A model generated the notes under the pieces. That model saw nothing but the letters and a program-made list of their open reading frames with translations. It ran no database searches and was not told the DNA's origin. From Eledone cirrhosa (taxonomy: Eukaryota), in contig OZ024742.1 in NCBI GenBank assembly GCA_964016885.1, positions 240,622,001 to 240,686,000 on the forward strand: a stretch of 64,000 bases of DNA, written 5' to 3'. Position 1 is the first letter of the stretch. Each line of letters opens with the position of its first letter. Below, in pieces: positions 12,055 to 27,236 of the stretch. The translations under genes and the position numbers were made by a program.

Positions 12055-13920
12055 CATCATTGGCTCAGGATACATCATTGGCTCACAGGAGGACAGAAAT
12101 ACGAACCTAACCCATGACTTCTTTGTGGATGATCTGAAACTCTATGCCAAGAACATGGATGGGATGAAGAAAAATCTTGACCTAGTTACAACGTTCTCAA
12201 ACGATATAGGAATGGAGTTTGGCCAAGATAAACGTTCATACATGACTGAAAAGCGGGGAAAAACAACAACCCAATCTAGCAACATTGTCATCAATGGTCT
12301 AACTGTTTCACCGATATCTGATGAGGACTGCTACAGATACCTGGGGATAGATGAGAACATATCCTATAATGGTATATGTAATAAAGAACGCGTAACCAGG
12401 GAATACTACACCCGATTAAGAAAGATTTGGTCATCGGAACTCTCTGCGCAAAACAAAACAGTAGCTCACAATGTGTTTGCTGTGCTGTGTCCTAACACCA
12501 ACGTTTGGAATACTCAATTGGACGATAGCCGAAATCTGAGCAGTTGATTTTGGAACTCGAAAAATACTGAACAACACCGGAAACTTCCACATCAACAGTG
12601 ACATAGACCGCCTTTACTTGAAACGTAAGCAGGGAGGCAGAGGCCTAACATCAGTTCAGACAACATTTGAATGTCGCATCATATCTCTCCGACAACATCT
12701 ACGAACCTCGAAGCGTAGGAGCCCGCTTCTCGAGCAAGTCTATCTGCATGAAACAGATAAGATCATGAGAGTTGGGAAGGAACTCTTTGAGAGATATTCC
12801 CTGTGTGATAATCAAAATCTCACACCCAGGGATGTCGCTCAGCAGTATCGCAGAGAATCCATGAATGAAAAACTGCATGCTCTCAGCAAAAAATCATGCA
12901 TGGATATGTTGCCAGGAAGCTTCAGAGTGTGAGTAATATAGATAAGGAAAGTAGTCTATCTTGGACCAACAATCGTTATATTGGCTCCCACTTTGAAGGA
13001 TACGCTTTTGCAATCCAGGAACAGGAGATTAGCACGAAATATCTGATTCACAAAAGAGATAGGGATGCAGGCAAAACACCTAGATACGATAACAAGTGCA
13101 GACTCTGCAGAACTAACATTGAGGATATCGCCCATGTCATCAGCAGCTGTCCAAAGATGTTATCGCGGTACTATCTACCTATGAGGCATGATGTAGTGGC
13201 CAAAACACTGTACAATGCAGTTCGTAAAAAAGATAGCCCCGATAATAAACACATTAAAAGCTACAACAATGTGGAAGACATCCATGTACATAATATGAAA
13301 GAGTACTGGTAGAATGTTCCAGTAAAAACCCCAATAAAATGCAGGCATAACAGACCAGATATTATGATATGGGACAGGGAGAAGAAAACATGCACAGTAG
13401 TGGAAATTAGCTGCTCAGCAGATGCCAATATAATATCAAAGATTAGTGAAAAGGAGAATATTTATGCAGAACTGATGAGAAATCTGCAGATACTCCACCC
13501 TGATTACACCTTCAGATTTATGCCTGTGATTATTGGGGCACTGGGATATATTAGTAACTGCCTCAATACAAATCTCGAGAAGCTAGGCTTCACAGGAACA
13601 GAAAGAACACAACTAGTTAGGAAACTACAAGTACAATCCATTAATGGAACAGTAAAAATATGTAAAACATTCCGAAAATGTTGCATCTAATAACTGCATA
13701 TACACATGTACAGATACAAAGCATATGCACATGCACACATACAACTCAAAACATCCACATCCACACACACAATAACATCCATATCTACACATGCATGCAT
13801 ACATACATATCTACCTAGTTGATGTTGTGTAAATTCCAATGAGAGAGTCTTGTGTCTATGTTAGAAACCGACTCTCTCTCTATTGGTAAAACTTTGTGAA
13901 ATTATAAAACCAGAAGAATA
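12055..13920 (+). mobile_element. 5'-truncated R4/Dong-like RLE non-LTR retrotransposon, unit 1
   Basis: RT motifs FVDDLKLY, GMEFGQDK and YRYLGI; GGRGL; CRLC..H...C zinc knuckle; RHD; HNRPDI..VVEISC endonuclease. Flanked by (TACA)n. Confidence 0.88.
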
Positions 13921-13942
13921 ACATACATACACACATACATAC

Positions 13943-15912
13943 ACTCTATTTTCACTGATAAAATAAAATATCGCAGGTGTATATTTCAGGGAGACAGTCT
14001 CTCTGTGATATTATTTATCCTGTCATTAAACCCCTTGTCCTTTCTGCTCAAGAAATGTGAAGGATACATCATTGGCTCACAGGAGGACAGAAATACGAAC
14101 TTAACCCATAATTTCTTTGTGGATGATCTGAAACTCTATGCCAAGAACATGGATGGGATGAAGAAAAATCTTGACCTAGTTACAACGTTCTCAAACGATA
14201 TAGGAATGGAGTTTGGCCAAGATAAATGCTCATATATGACTGTAAAGCGGGGAAAAACAACAACCCAATCTAGCAACATTGTCATCAATGGCCTAACTGT
14301 TTCACCGATATCTGAGGAGGACTGCTACAGATACTTGGGGATAGATGAGAATATATCCTATAATGGTATCTGTAATAAGGAACGCGTAACCAGGGAACAC
14401 CACACCTGATTAAGAAAGATATGGTCATCGGAACTCTCTGTCCAAAATAAAACAGTGGCTCACAATGTGTTTGCTGTGCCCGTCCTAACACCAACGTTTG
14501 GAATACTCAATTGGACGATAGACGAAATCCGAGCAGTTGATGTTAGAACTCGAAAAATACTAAACAACACCGGAAACTTCCACATCAACAGTGATATAGA
14601 CCGCCTTTACTTGAAACGTAAGCAGGGGGCAGATGCCTAACATCAGTCAAGACAGCATTTGAATGTCGCATCATATCTCTCCGACAACATCTACGAACCT
14701 CGAAGCGTAGGAGCCCGCTTCTCGAGCAAGTCTATCTGCATGAAACAAATAAGATCATGAGAGTCGGGAAAGAACTCATCGAGAGATATTCCCTGTGTAA
14801 TAATAAAAAAACTCACACCCAGGGAAGTCGCTCAGCAGTATCGCAGTGAATCCATGGATGAAAAACTGCATGCTCTCAGCAAAAAATCATCCATGGATAT
14901 GTTGCCAGGAAGCTCCAGAGTGAGTGTAATATAGATAAGGAAAGTAGTCTATCTTGGACCAACAACCGCTATATTGGCTCACACTTTGAAGGATACGCTT
15001 TTGCAATCCAAGAACAGGAAATTAACACGAAATACCTGATTCCAAAAGAGATAGAGATGCAGGCAAAACACCTAGATGTGATAACAAGTGCAGACTCTGC
15101 AGAATTAACATCGAAGATGTCACCCATGTCATCAGCAGCTGTCCAAAGATGTCATCGCGGTGCTATCTACTTATGAGGCATAATGTAGTGGTCAAAACAC
15201 TATACAATGCAATCTGTAGAAAAGATAGCCCCGATAATAAACACATTAAAAGCTACAACAATGTGGAAGACATCCATGTACATAATATGAAAGAGTACTG
15301 GTAGAATGTTCCAGTAAAAACCCCAATAAAATGCAGGCATAACAGACCAGATATTATGATATGGGACAGGGAGAAGAAAGCATGCACAGTAGTGGAAATT
15401 AGCTGCTCAGCAGATGCCAATATAATATCAAAGATTAGTGAAAAGGAGAATATTTATGCAGAACCGATGAGAAATCTGCAGATACTCCACCCTGATTACA
15501 CCTTCAGATTTATGCCTGTGATTGTTGGGGCACTGGGATATGTTAGTAACTGCCTCAATACAAATCGTGAGAAGCTAGGCTTCACAGGAACAGAAAGAAC
15601 ACAACTAGTTAGGAAACTACAAGTACAATCCATTAATGGAACTGTAAAAATATGTAAAACATTCCAAAAATGTTGCATCTAATAATTGCATATACACATG
15701 TACAGATACAAAGCATATGCACATGCACACATACAACTCAAAACATCCACATCCACACACACAATAACATCCATATCTACACATGCATGCATACATACAT
15801 ATCTACCTAGTTGATGTTGCGTAAATTCCAATGAGAGAGTCTTGTGTCTATGCTAGAAACCGACTCTCTCTCTATTGGTAAAACTTTGTGAAATTATAAA
15901 ACCAGAAGAATA
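13943..15912 (+). mobile_element. R4/Dong-like retrotransposon, unit 2
   Basis: Starts near (G)IFQGDSLS; same domains as unit 1; stops and frameshifts. Confidence 0.88.
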
Positions 15913-15934
15913 ACATACATACACACATACATAC

Positions 15935-17891
15935 ACTCTATTTTCACTGATAAAATAAAATATCGCAGGTGTATATTTCAGGGAGACAGTCTCTCTGTGA
16001 TATTATTTATCCTGTCATTAAACCCCTTGTCCTTTCTGCTCAAGAAATGTGAAGGATACATCATTGGCTCACAGGAGGACAGAAATACGAACTTAACCCA
16101 TAATTTCTTTGTGGATGATCTGAAACTCTATGCCAAGAACATGGATGGGATGAAGAAAAATCTTGACCTAGTTACAACGTTCTCAAACGATATAGGAATG
16201 GAGTTTGGCCAAGATAAATGCTCATACATGACTGTTAAGCGGGGGAAAACAACAACCCAATCTAGCAACATTGTCATCAATGGCCTAACTGTTTCACCGA
16301 TATCTGAGGAGGACTGCTACAGATACTTGGGGATAGATGAGAATATATCCTATAATGGTATCTGTAATAAGGAACGCGTAACCAGGGAACACCACACCTG
16401 ATTAAGAAAGATATGGTCATCGGAACTCTCTGTCCAAAATAAAACAGTGGCTCACAATGGGTTTGCTGTGCCCGTCCTAACACCAACGTTTGGAATACTC
16501 AATTGGACGATAGACGAAATCCGAGCAGTTGATGTTAGAACTCGAAAAATACTAAACAACACCGGAAACTTCCACATCAACAGTGATATAGACCGCCTTT
16601 ACTTGAAACGTAAGCAGGGGGCAGATGCCTAACATCAGTCAAGACAGCATTTGAATGTCGCATCATATCTCTCCGACAACATCTACGAACCTCGAAGCGT
16701 AGGAGCCCGCTTCTCGAGCAAGTCTATCTGTATGAAACAGATAAGATCATGAGAGTCGGGAAAGAACTCATCGAGAGATATTCCCTGTGTAATAATAAAA
16801 AACTCACACCCAGGGAAGTCGCTCAGCAGTATCGCAGTGAATCCATGGATGAAAAACTGCATGCTCTCAGCAAAAAATCATCCATGGATATGTTGCCAGG
16901 AAGCTCCAGAGTGAGTGTAATATAGATAAGGAAAGTAGTCTATCTTGGACCAACAACCGCTATATTGGCTCACACTTTGAAGGATACGCTTTTGCAATCC
17001 AAGAACAGGAAATTAACACGAAATACCTGATTCCAAAAGAGATAGAGATGCAGGCAAAACACCTAGATGTGATAACAAGTGCAGACTCTGCAGAATTAAC
17101 ATCGAAGATGTCACCCATGTCATCAGCAGCTGTCCAAAGATGTCATCGCGGTGCTATCTACTTATGAGGCATAATGTAGTGGTCAAAACACTATACAATG
17201 CAATCTGTAGAAAAGATAGCCCCGATAATAAACACATTAAAATCTACAGCAATGTGGAAGATATCCATGTACATAATATGAAAGAGTACTGGTGGAATGT
17301 TCCAGTAAAAACCCCAATAAAATGCAGGCATAACAGACCAGATATTATGATATGGGACAGGGAGAAGAAAGCATGCACAGTAGTGGAAATTAGCTGCCCA
17401 GCAGATGCCAATATAATATCAAAGATTAGTGAAAAGGAGAATATTTATGCAGAACCGATGAGAAATCTGCAGATACTCCACCCTGATTACACCTTCAGAT
17501 TTATGCCTGTGATTATTGGGACACTGGGATATGTTAGTAACTGCCTCAATACAAATCGTGAGAAGCTAGGCTTCACAGGAACAGAAAAAACACAACTAGT
17601 TAGGAAATTACAAGTACAATCCATTAATGGAACTGTAAAAATATGTAAAACATTCCATAAATTTTGCATCTAATAACTGCACATGTACAGATACAAAGCA
17701 TATACACATGCACACATACAACTCAAAACATCCACATCCACACGTGCAATAACATCCATATCTACACATGCATACATACATATCTACTTAGTTGATGTTG
17801 TGTAAATTCCAATGAGAGAGTCTTGTGTCTATGTTAGAAACCGACTCTCTCTCTATTGGTAAAACTTTGTGAAATTATAAAACTAGAAGAA
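15935..17891 (+). mobile_element. R4/Dong-like retrotransposon, unit 3
   Basis: Offset 1992 bp from unit 2, with an identical 5' junction and shared inactivating lesions. Confidence 0.88.
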
Positions 17892-17929
17892 CATACATAT
17901 ATGAAGGCTGCAAACTCTGCTAAGAGTTT

Positions 17930-18368
17930 TACAATCGCTTGTAAGATTATCAAACAAAAAATGCCTGTGCTTTGAAGGTTTTTTAAGAGGGTAAAGGCCT
18001 TGCACTCGACCAATCCCACTCTCTGAGCATCGAAAACGCATCCCCAAAAAAAGAACTGGTCAACATCATTGGATGCTTCCTAAGCCGCAGGTTTCTTCAG
18101 AGTTAACTTCTATTAGAAAGGTTTTGTGACAACAACTGGGGGCCTTTCACTCCCAGATGAAAAAAAAAGTACTATTTGGATGGCCGTTGACTCTGCTGAG
18201 TTCCTCCGCCCTTTGCTGGGTCTTGTATTTCATCCTGCAGGGTGTCCAAATATCACCCTCCCCACCAAGTAGGCTTGGTGGTGTTGCCTGTTTAGTCGCC
18301 GACGACCCGACCATGAGACGGGTTGTACTGGGTTACATGTTTTCAGTAGCACTCGAGAGCGACCTGAC
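17930..18368 (-). mobile_element. RTE-derivative 5' region, diverged copy
   Basis: Homologous to 11620-11974 (tttagtcgcc..gacccgaccatgagac..gttgtactggg). Confidence 0.65.
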
Positions 18369-18547
18369 ACATACATACATGCATACCTACACACATACAT
18401 ACATACATACATACATACATACATGCATACATACATACATACATACATACATACATGCATGCATGCATGCATGCATACATACATACATACATACATACAT
18501 GCATGCTTACATACATACATACATTTATGCATGTATACATACATACA

Positions 18548-19455
18548 TTGAAATAACAACGAAATACCTGATGCACGAAAGAGATAGGTATGCAGGCACA
18601 ACACCTAGATGTGACAACAGATGCAGACTCTGGTGAATAAATATCGAAAATGTCATACACATTATAAGCAGCTGTCCAAATATGTCATCACGATATTATC
18701 TCCATATGAGGCATGACATAGTGGTAAAAACACTATATGATACAATCCGTAGTAAGGATATAAAAAGTAACAAAATATGAAAGAGTACTGGTGAAATGTT
18801 TCAGTCAAAACCCCAATAAAATGCAAACATGACAGACCAGATATAGTGATATGGGGCAGTGAAAAGAAAGCATGCGCAGTAGGAGAAATCAGTTGGCCAG
18901 CAGATGTCAATATAAAGTTAAAGAGAACATTTATGCTGAGCTAATAATGAATCTGCCGATGTTCAAACCCTGACTATACCTTTAGGTTTGTACCTGTGAT
19001 TATTGGGGCTCTGGGATAACTTCCTCAGTACAAATCTTGAGAAGCTAGACTTCACAGAACCAGAAAGGGCACGGTTAGTTAGGGAAGCTGCAAGTGCAAT
19101 CCATTAATGGAACTGTAAATATATGTAAAACATTTCAGAAATTCAGCATGTAGAATAATTGCATATACACATGTGTAGATACAGAAACATATGCACTTGT
19201 TAACATATAAATCAAAACATACAGATCCACACATGCAATAACATCCATACTTACACACACACACACACGCATACACACATACACACACACACATACACAT
19301 TCACACACACACATGCACACATACACACACACATATATATATACACATACACACGTATTTACCTAGTTGATGTCTAAATTCCTATGAAAGAGTATGTTAG
19401 AAACCGACACTCTCTCTATTGGTGAGAATTTATAAAATAATAAAACTAGGAGAAC
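18548..19455 (+). mobile_element. Older R4/Dong-like 3' fragment
   Basis: EITTKYL..CDNRCRL, RPDI, and the same 3' UTR end (gttagaaaccgac..ctattggt) between (CATA)n/(CCAT)n tracts. Confidence 0.8.
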
Positions 19456-19496
19456 ATCCATCCATCCATCCATCCATCCATCCATACATACATATT

Positions 19497-20270
19497 TACA
19501 GAATAAGTTGTGCATGAGTACCTGAGACGAAAAACACAGATGAAAGAGGGGATAAATAATTCAAAAAGCCTGGCATGGAGTTCCGACAAGTTTATGACAT
19601 CCCACCTTGAAGGATATCTCTATGCAATACAGGAATAAGAAATCCCTACCAAATATCTGCTACACAAAAGAGGAAGGCCATCAGCCGACAATAAATGTAG
19701 GCTATGTAAAACAAAGATCGAAGATGTTAGCCACATTGTTGCCAACTGTGAAAGAATGTCGTCTCGTTACTACCTCCTTATGAAACACGATGTAATAGCT
19801 AGAACCATCTGGAGCACACTAAGGAAAACAAAATTAAAAACAAATGAGGAGGAATACATTGAGATAGATGGCACTAAAGAATACTGGTAGAACCTGAAAA
19901 TAAAAACTGCTACCAAATTAAAGCACAACCGGCCTGATATTGTTGTTTGGGACCACACATTGAAGCGTGCTCTGTTGTAGAGATCAGCTGCCCACTTGAT
20001 GTCAACGTTGTAAGAAAAATACAGGAGAAGGAGGACATCTACGGACCATTGATGAGGAGTTTACAGATCCAGTATCCAAGATACACCTTCAGCTTCATAC
20101 CCATCATTATTGGAGCTACAGGTTATATATCAATCCGCTTGGACCAAAGTATGACTGAACTTGGATTTGTGGACAAAGAGCACAGCTCCCTAATTCATAG
20201 ATTACAAATGGCTGCGATATCTGGCACCTTCAAAATTTGCAAAACATTCTTGTGATTCAAGGGATGAATC
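19497..20270 (+). mobile_element. Distinct R4/Dong-like family 3' fragment
   Basis: CRLC knuckle, HNRPDIV, VVEISCPLD..K...Y..L, and KICKTFL C-terminus. Confidence 0.8.
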
Positions 20271-20290
20271 ACAAGAATGTTTTGCAAATT

Positions 20291-20850
20291 TCGAGTACGG
20301 CCACTACTTTATATCCATGTAGGAGAACCCATACCGATGCACTGAACGAGTGTGACTTTTCAGTCCAGCTAGCGACTTGAAAACTCTGGTACAAACACTA
20401 CACTTGTGACAATTACTGACACATAGCGCTCGGCCCATGGTACCATGTGACGACAAGTGCAGAGAGATCTCCAGATATAAAGCAATGCCTGTGCCTGTGC
20501 CGTGAAGCAAACATACATACATACATACATACATACATGATGACTGACCCCTGGTTATCGAGTATGGCCATTGCACATTATACCATTATTAATAATTATT
20601 AATTAATTCTATTGTGCAATGCCTGTGCGAGAAGATATTTTTTAAAGTGAGGAAAGACTGTGCACTGAGCCAATCCCACTCTCTGAGTGACAGTAGCTAT
20701 AACCCGAAAAGAAGAAAATATCAACATCATCGATAACTACTGAGCCGCAGGTTTTATATCGGAGTTATCCCAGTTTCCTGAGTTGCCTTCTCCTAGAAGA
20801 ATGCCCTGACAAAGGCTAGGGGTCCTTCACTCCCAGTGCTTTAACCGCGC
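20291..20850 (-). mobile_element. RTE-derivative fragments including a C2H2 remnant
   Basis: ORF 20304-20576 contains CHKCSVCTRVFKSLAGLKSHTRSVH; homologous to 11385-11780. Confidence 0.65.
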
Positions 20851-21768
20851 GATCTGGTGTCAAGCCAGACTATTTCTATGTCCCCGCGCATATACATACA
20901 CATGCACCCATACATACATACATACACACATACATACATACACACACATACTTACACACGTTCCTTACATACATACATACGTACATACATACGTACGTAC
21001 ATACATGACTATCTATTTGTTGTCTACATTCCTAAGAACCTTGTTTTGTGTTAGAAACCTGTTCTTTCTCTATTTGTGAGAAATTTGAAAAATATCAGAT
21101 GAAAATTAATAAAATGTAAACGTAGCAAATACATATCTTTAAGAGTGAGCTATTCTTAGTCAAAATTTGTCACTCCAGGCCACACGAATTTATTTTATTT
21201 TACAATATTTATTATTATTATTTTTTTCCAACACAGACCACCTTTGGTTTGCTCGGACTTTTTTTCTTCTTTGCTATATTTTCAATGTTTTAGTAATATA
21301 TTGAACATTTCGTTTTGCTCAGCGCATGATAGGTGGTTGTGATTATTTTCATAATTTCTCGGCAATGTCTATTGATAGTATCCTTTCACTCAACTAATAA
21401 ATCATACAGATTATTGAAAGCTATCTTACAAAAAAAAACAAAAAAAAACAACAACAACAAAAAAAAAAACAAAAAACAAACAGCAACAACAAAAATAAAG
21501 AAAGAAACAGAATAGAGAAACATCGAATCAAAACAAACAATCAGTTTTGTCCTTTATAATACGTTATTCAATACAAATTTATGTTATTTTAAGCAATAAC
21601 AAAAGAAATTTATTTTATCCTCGAAATTCTTTAAAACAAATTGTATATATTACTGTTGGTGTTGACTTTTTTCTCCAACAAAACTAATACATATTTGTAC
21701 AGAAATAAAAGTATATGTACATACATACGTACACACACACTTACTTACACACTTACACACACACACTT

Positions 21769-21874
<106 letters not shown>

Positions 21875-22172
21875 TTCGAAGTTCGTGTTTCCTTGCACCA
21901 AAAATTCTGATTACATTTCTGAAAGCTAAGAGATACAGAGAAAAGTGTTTGCAGTATTTGTCAGCACTTTTTTGTTGTCGTAGAGATCTTAACAGCAAAC
22001 AGTAGTTGTTTACAAGTACTAGTTCTTTACTTTTCACCTTTCATTTTATTTTATTTATTTTTTAATCAATGCAACTTTATCTGGAAGCGGCCATTTCTGG
22101 CTTCACCATGGGCAACAGATATTATCAAAATTTGTTTTTCCTTTTTCGATATTATCACAGGAGTGGGTTTTT

Positions 22173-22211
<39 letters not shown>

Positions 22212-22644
22212 CCCTCCTCCCTCTACACACTATCTTCCTATTAATCTCGCTCTCTGATTTTTTATCTTCTCATCATATGCCTGCTTGAAATTTGATTCCA
22301 AAAGCTCGTGAATAATTTTTTTCTTTCTGTTGTAACTTTTCAGGGATGAAAATAAAAAGCCCCAATAACAAATGCGACCAAAAGAAAAGAAAAAAAAGGA
22401 AAGAAAAATATTTACCAAAAAATAAAACAGGCAGAAAACGAAGAAAATTAAAAACACTCCCACCCCACTAACACCCCGAAAAACAATAAACTAAACTTCT
22501 TTTTAATCCAGTGTTTAATCTGCTAAAGTTACTACAGTGGTTGGTACATTTTGCTGAAGTGCAAGAAATATATATGTAAGTGAAAAACTTTCATTGCACC
22601 CATAATAAGTGTTTGTTTACACAAAGTTAAATTATATAAGTAAA

Positions 22645-23140
22645 TAATGGTTTCTACGTAAGGCACAAGGCCAGCAATTACCCAGTGCATTACTGGTACT
22701 TTATTTTATCGACCCGTAAGGATGAAAGGCAAAGTTATTATAACTCTGTGCTGCAAAGCATAGTGGCTTACTCTCTACCGATACTGCCAATCCACCGCCC
22801 TTTTATAAGTATATAATGGTTTCTTATATAGGCACAAGGCCAGCAATTACCCAGTACATTACTGGTACTTTATTTTATCGACCTCGTAAGGATGAAAGGC
22901 AAAGTTAACCTATAATGGTTTCTTATATAGGCACAAGGCCATCAATTTGGGGGGGGGGGGAGGGGAAAGTCGATTAAATCCACTCCAGTGCATGACTGGT
23001 ACATTATTTTATCTACCCCGTAAGGATGAAAGGCAAAGTTAACCTCGGCGATATTTGAACTCAGAGCGTAAAGGACCGTAACTCTGTGCTGCAAAGCATT
23101 GTGTCTGACTTTCTACTGATACTGCCAATCCACCGCCCTT
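22645..23140 (-). mobile_element. Cluster of three tandem or partial SINE copies
   Basis: Three starts at taatggtttct..ggcacaaggcc (about 22645, 22815, 22913) sharing the SINE body. Confidence 0.8.
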
Positions 23141-23211
23141 ATATAAGTAAATATTAAATGTACAACATATTTCCTTATATACCTATCTTTCTCCCCGCTC
23201 TCTCGCTCTCT

Positions 23212-23287
<76 letters not shown>

Positions 23288-23638
23288 TATTTGGTTTTAT
23301 TGGTTTCAGGTATTGGACAGTGGTTAAGGTGTGGGTACCGTCTCGAAGGGTTTATTTTTTGTAAAGTCTGGTACTTACTTTATGGATTTCTAATGTAGCG
23401 CTGTTAGTCTACATGAACAAATACCACTGGTTGTTAAAAGGTGCAGAATGGAACACATACACACACGTACACACATACACTATTTCACTCACAAGGCTTG
23501 GTTCGACAAGAGGCTATCGTAAAAGACACTCAAGCTTCCAAGCAATGGTACCAGACCAAGAGCACCATGATTGCGAAGCGAACCTCTTAACTTCCCAACA
23601 ATACCTACCTGTCTATATTTTTCCTGTCTCCAAGGGTA

Positions 23639-23713
<75 letters not shown>

Positions 23714-23780
23714 AGTCTGATGGTAGCTAAGGTGCTTCCATAGGCGGCACTCTATGCTCTTGCAGAGCAGAACGTAATAT

Positions 23781-24239
<459 letters not shown>

Positions 24240-24337
24240 ATTGAGGTTGGTAATGGCACATGGAATATATAAGAGACAGAATACTTTTTTGTGAAAAAAC
24301 ATAATTTTATAAGGTAAGGAAATAATAAAGGGTATAA

Positions 24338-24385
24338 AAAATGACCGGTTTCGATGGGTCTGCAAAAGCCATCTTTTCAAATGTT
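24338..24385 (-). ncRNA. HHR variant (inverted-arm copy)
   Basis: Reverse complement of 27697-27744. Confidence 0.6.
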
Positions 24386-24731
24386 GATTAATATTAATAA
24401 AGATTAATAATACGAAGAGTTAAAATTTGAGATTTGAAAATTCAAGTATAAAATTCATTGTGGGATTTCATAGCAGTTTTCATCTAGGTAGCAACAACAG
24501 GTTGACTGCTGTGTCCCTTTCTGGTAGTGAATGAGAAGTTATTTGGGGTGTGAGTTATTTTATAAAGGTCAGATTTAGCAATGGCCAACTGGCCAGCTGC
24601 TGGTCAGTGAGGGGGTGGAAGCAATATACATACACATATCTTCCTGTGGTGGGTAGGAGAGTGGAGCGTGATAGAAAGGGATTTAGTGCACTTACACCTA
24701 TATATACACACATACCTTCATCCACACATAC

Positions 24732-24764
<33 letters not shown>

Positions 24765-24851
24765 TATATATATATATATACATATACACACATACATACA
24801 CACACACATACATATACATACACACATACACACACACACATATATACACAT

Positions 24852-24920
<69 letters not shown>

Positions 24921-24955
24921 TATATATACATACACATACATCCAGATACACACAT

Positions 24956-25044
<89 letters not shown>

Positions 25045-25047
<3 letters not shown>

Positions 25048-26472
25048 CTCCCTAAAACAGTAAGTGCAAATACAATTCTTGTCTCCTTTGACGTAATAAA
25101 CCTCTACACAAACATACCTCACAACTATGGAATAACAGCAGTCCAATACTGGCTTAACACACACCCATCAGAAATACCGACACGCATCAACACAGATTTT
25201 ATCACTGACGGACTCCGCTTTATCCTACAAAATAACTACTTCACATTCAATGGTTCAACATACAGACAAGTATCAGGTACGGCAATGGGCACGAAAGTAG
25301 CACCCACATATGCCAACCTAGTCATGGGATTCCATGAACAACAAATATACAGTCAGTCCCTTCTCTTATTTGGAGACTCTTTCCACACACACCTCAAAGC
25401 CAATTGGAAAAGATATCTAGACGACTGCTTTATCCTATGGCAAGAAGACATGAACTCACTTACTACGTTTAAAAACATGATAAACAACATAGATAATAAC
25501 ATACAATTCACAATGGAATCCAATCCTAAGGAATTAGCCTTCTTGGATATTCTCATCTCTGTAATAGACGGGAAATTAGATACAGATATATTCTATAAAC
25601 CCACAGATTCCAAGCAATACCTCTTTTTCACATCAAGTCACCCAAAACATACAAAACTTAACATTCCTTACAATTTGGCCAAACGTATATGTACCATAGT
25701 ATCAGATCCACCTAAACGGGAGCAAAGACTAAGGGAACTAAAAGACACCCTTATCTTAAGAGCCTTTCCACTTGAAATAATCAACAATGGAATAGACAGG
25801 GCAAAACACCTAAATCCCCATCAACTTAATCCAAAACAGAAAACCACACTCAACACCCTGCCATATGTATCCACTTTCAACCCCAGAAATACCGAAATGT
25901 TTGATCACCTACACAAAAACCTCCCCATCCTACTTAAAGATGTAAAAATGAAGTCTATTCTTGAAACACACAAGATCCTTAAAAGTAAAAGACAACCCAA
26001 ATCACTTAAACGCATTCTCACTGGACCAAATATACCCAAACTAATCCTCAACCCTACAGTTACCAAATGTGGTAGAACAAACTGTGGAACGTGCCTCTAC
26101 CTCACTGAAGGACAAACATTTACATTCAAAGATGGCCAAACATTTACAGTAAAAAACAATTTCACCTGCAACTCGGAGAACTTGATTTACGCAATAACTT
26201 GCGGTGGGTGCAAACACAACTACATAGGACAGACGGGCACCTCATTACGCAAAAGAATGACCATCCACCGCCAACAAATCCGGGACGCTAACACAAGAAA
26301 AATCCCCTTGAGCAGCCATATTGCGAACTGCGCAGGAATGACACTACCCAACATTAAAATCTTCCCCTTCTACAAGTGCTCAGATTCGTTCACACAGCAA
26401 CAAAGAATAAACAAAGAAAATCTATTCCTTAACAAATTTAAACCAAAACTAAACGGGTTATCACCCCAATAG
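25045..26472 (+). CDS. PLE reverse transcriptase + GIY-YIG endonuclease (5'-truncated, uninterrupted for about 475 codons)
   Basis: [49 protein letters not shown] linker, IYAITC..C...YIGQT, R...H, P.LN. Confidence 0.92.
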
Positions 26473-26871
26473 AATTGTCATAAAATATAAACACACATAC
26501 GCACGGAATCACTACTATTAAAGACCAGAGACCAATTCTGTAGAATCAGGTTTATTCGTTGACAGACCATGCCTTTGTGTGACCAACACATCCATGTTAA
26601 ACCCTGCACGTGCACACACATATATCTATATATATATGCGCACACAGAATTCACCACTGTCGGTTGCGGGGCCCAATCTACATGAAGAACTCAATGTGAT
26701 CAGAATGACTTGTATTTTAATTTCACTGTCCCAACTTCTTATATTATGGAAAAAATATATGTGTCTGTATGTATATATATATATATATTTGGAGGCCATT
26801 TCTCTGTGTGGGTGTATGTATGTGTATATGTGCGTGTGTGTGTATGTGTGTGCATGTGGATGTATGTATTG

Positions 26872-26912
<41 letters not shown>

Positions 26913-27064
26913 GTGTATCTGGATGTATGCGTATGTGTATATATATATATATATGCGTGTGTGTGTGTGTGTATATATATGTGTGTGTATGTGTATATAT
27001 ATGTGTGTGTATGTTTGTTTGTGTTTATGTATATATATGTGTGTGTGTGTGTATGTATGTGTGG

Positions 27065-27140
<76 letters not shown>

Positions 27141-27181
27141 TTGTATGTGTGTATCTGGATGTATGTGTATGTATATATATA

Positions 27182-27236
<55 letters not shown>

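Noticed and set aside
20304-20576. C2H2 zinc finger as an exon of a host ZNF gene
   Set aside because: It is a single finger inside a multi-copy retroelement 3' end with a tail.
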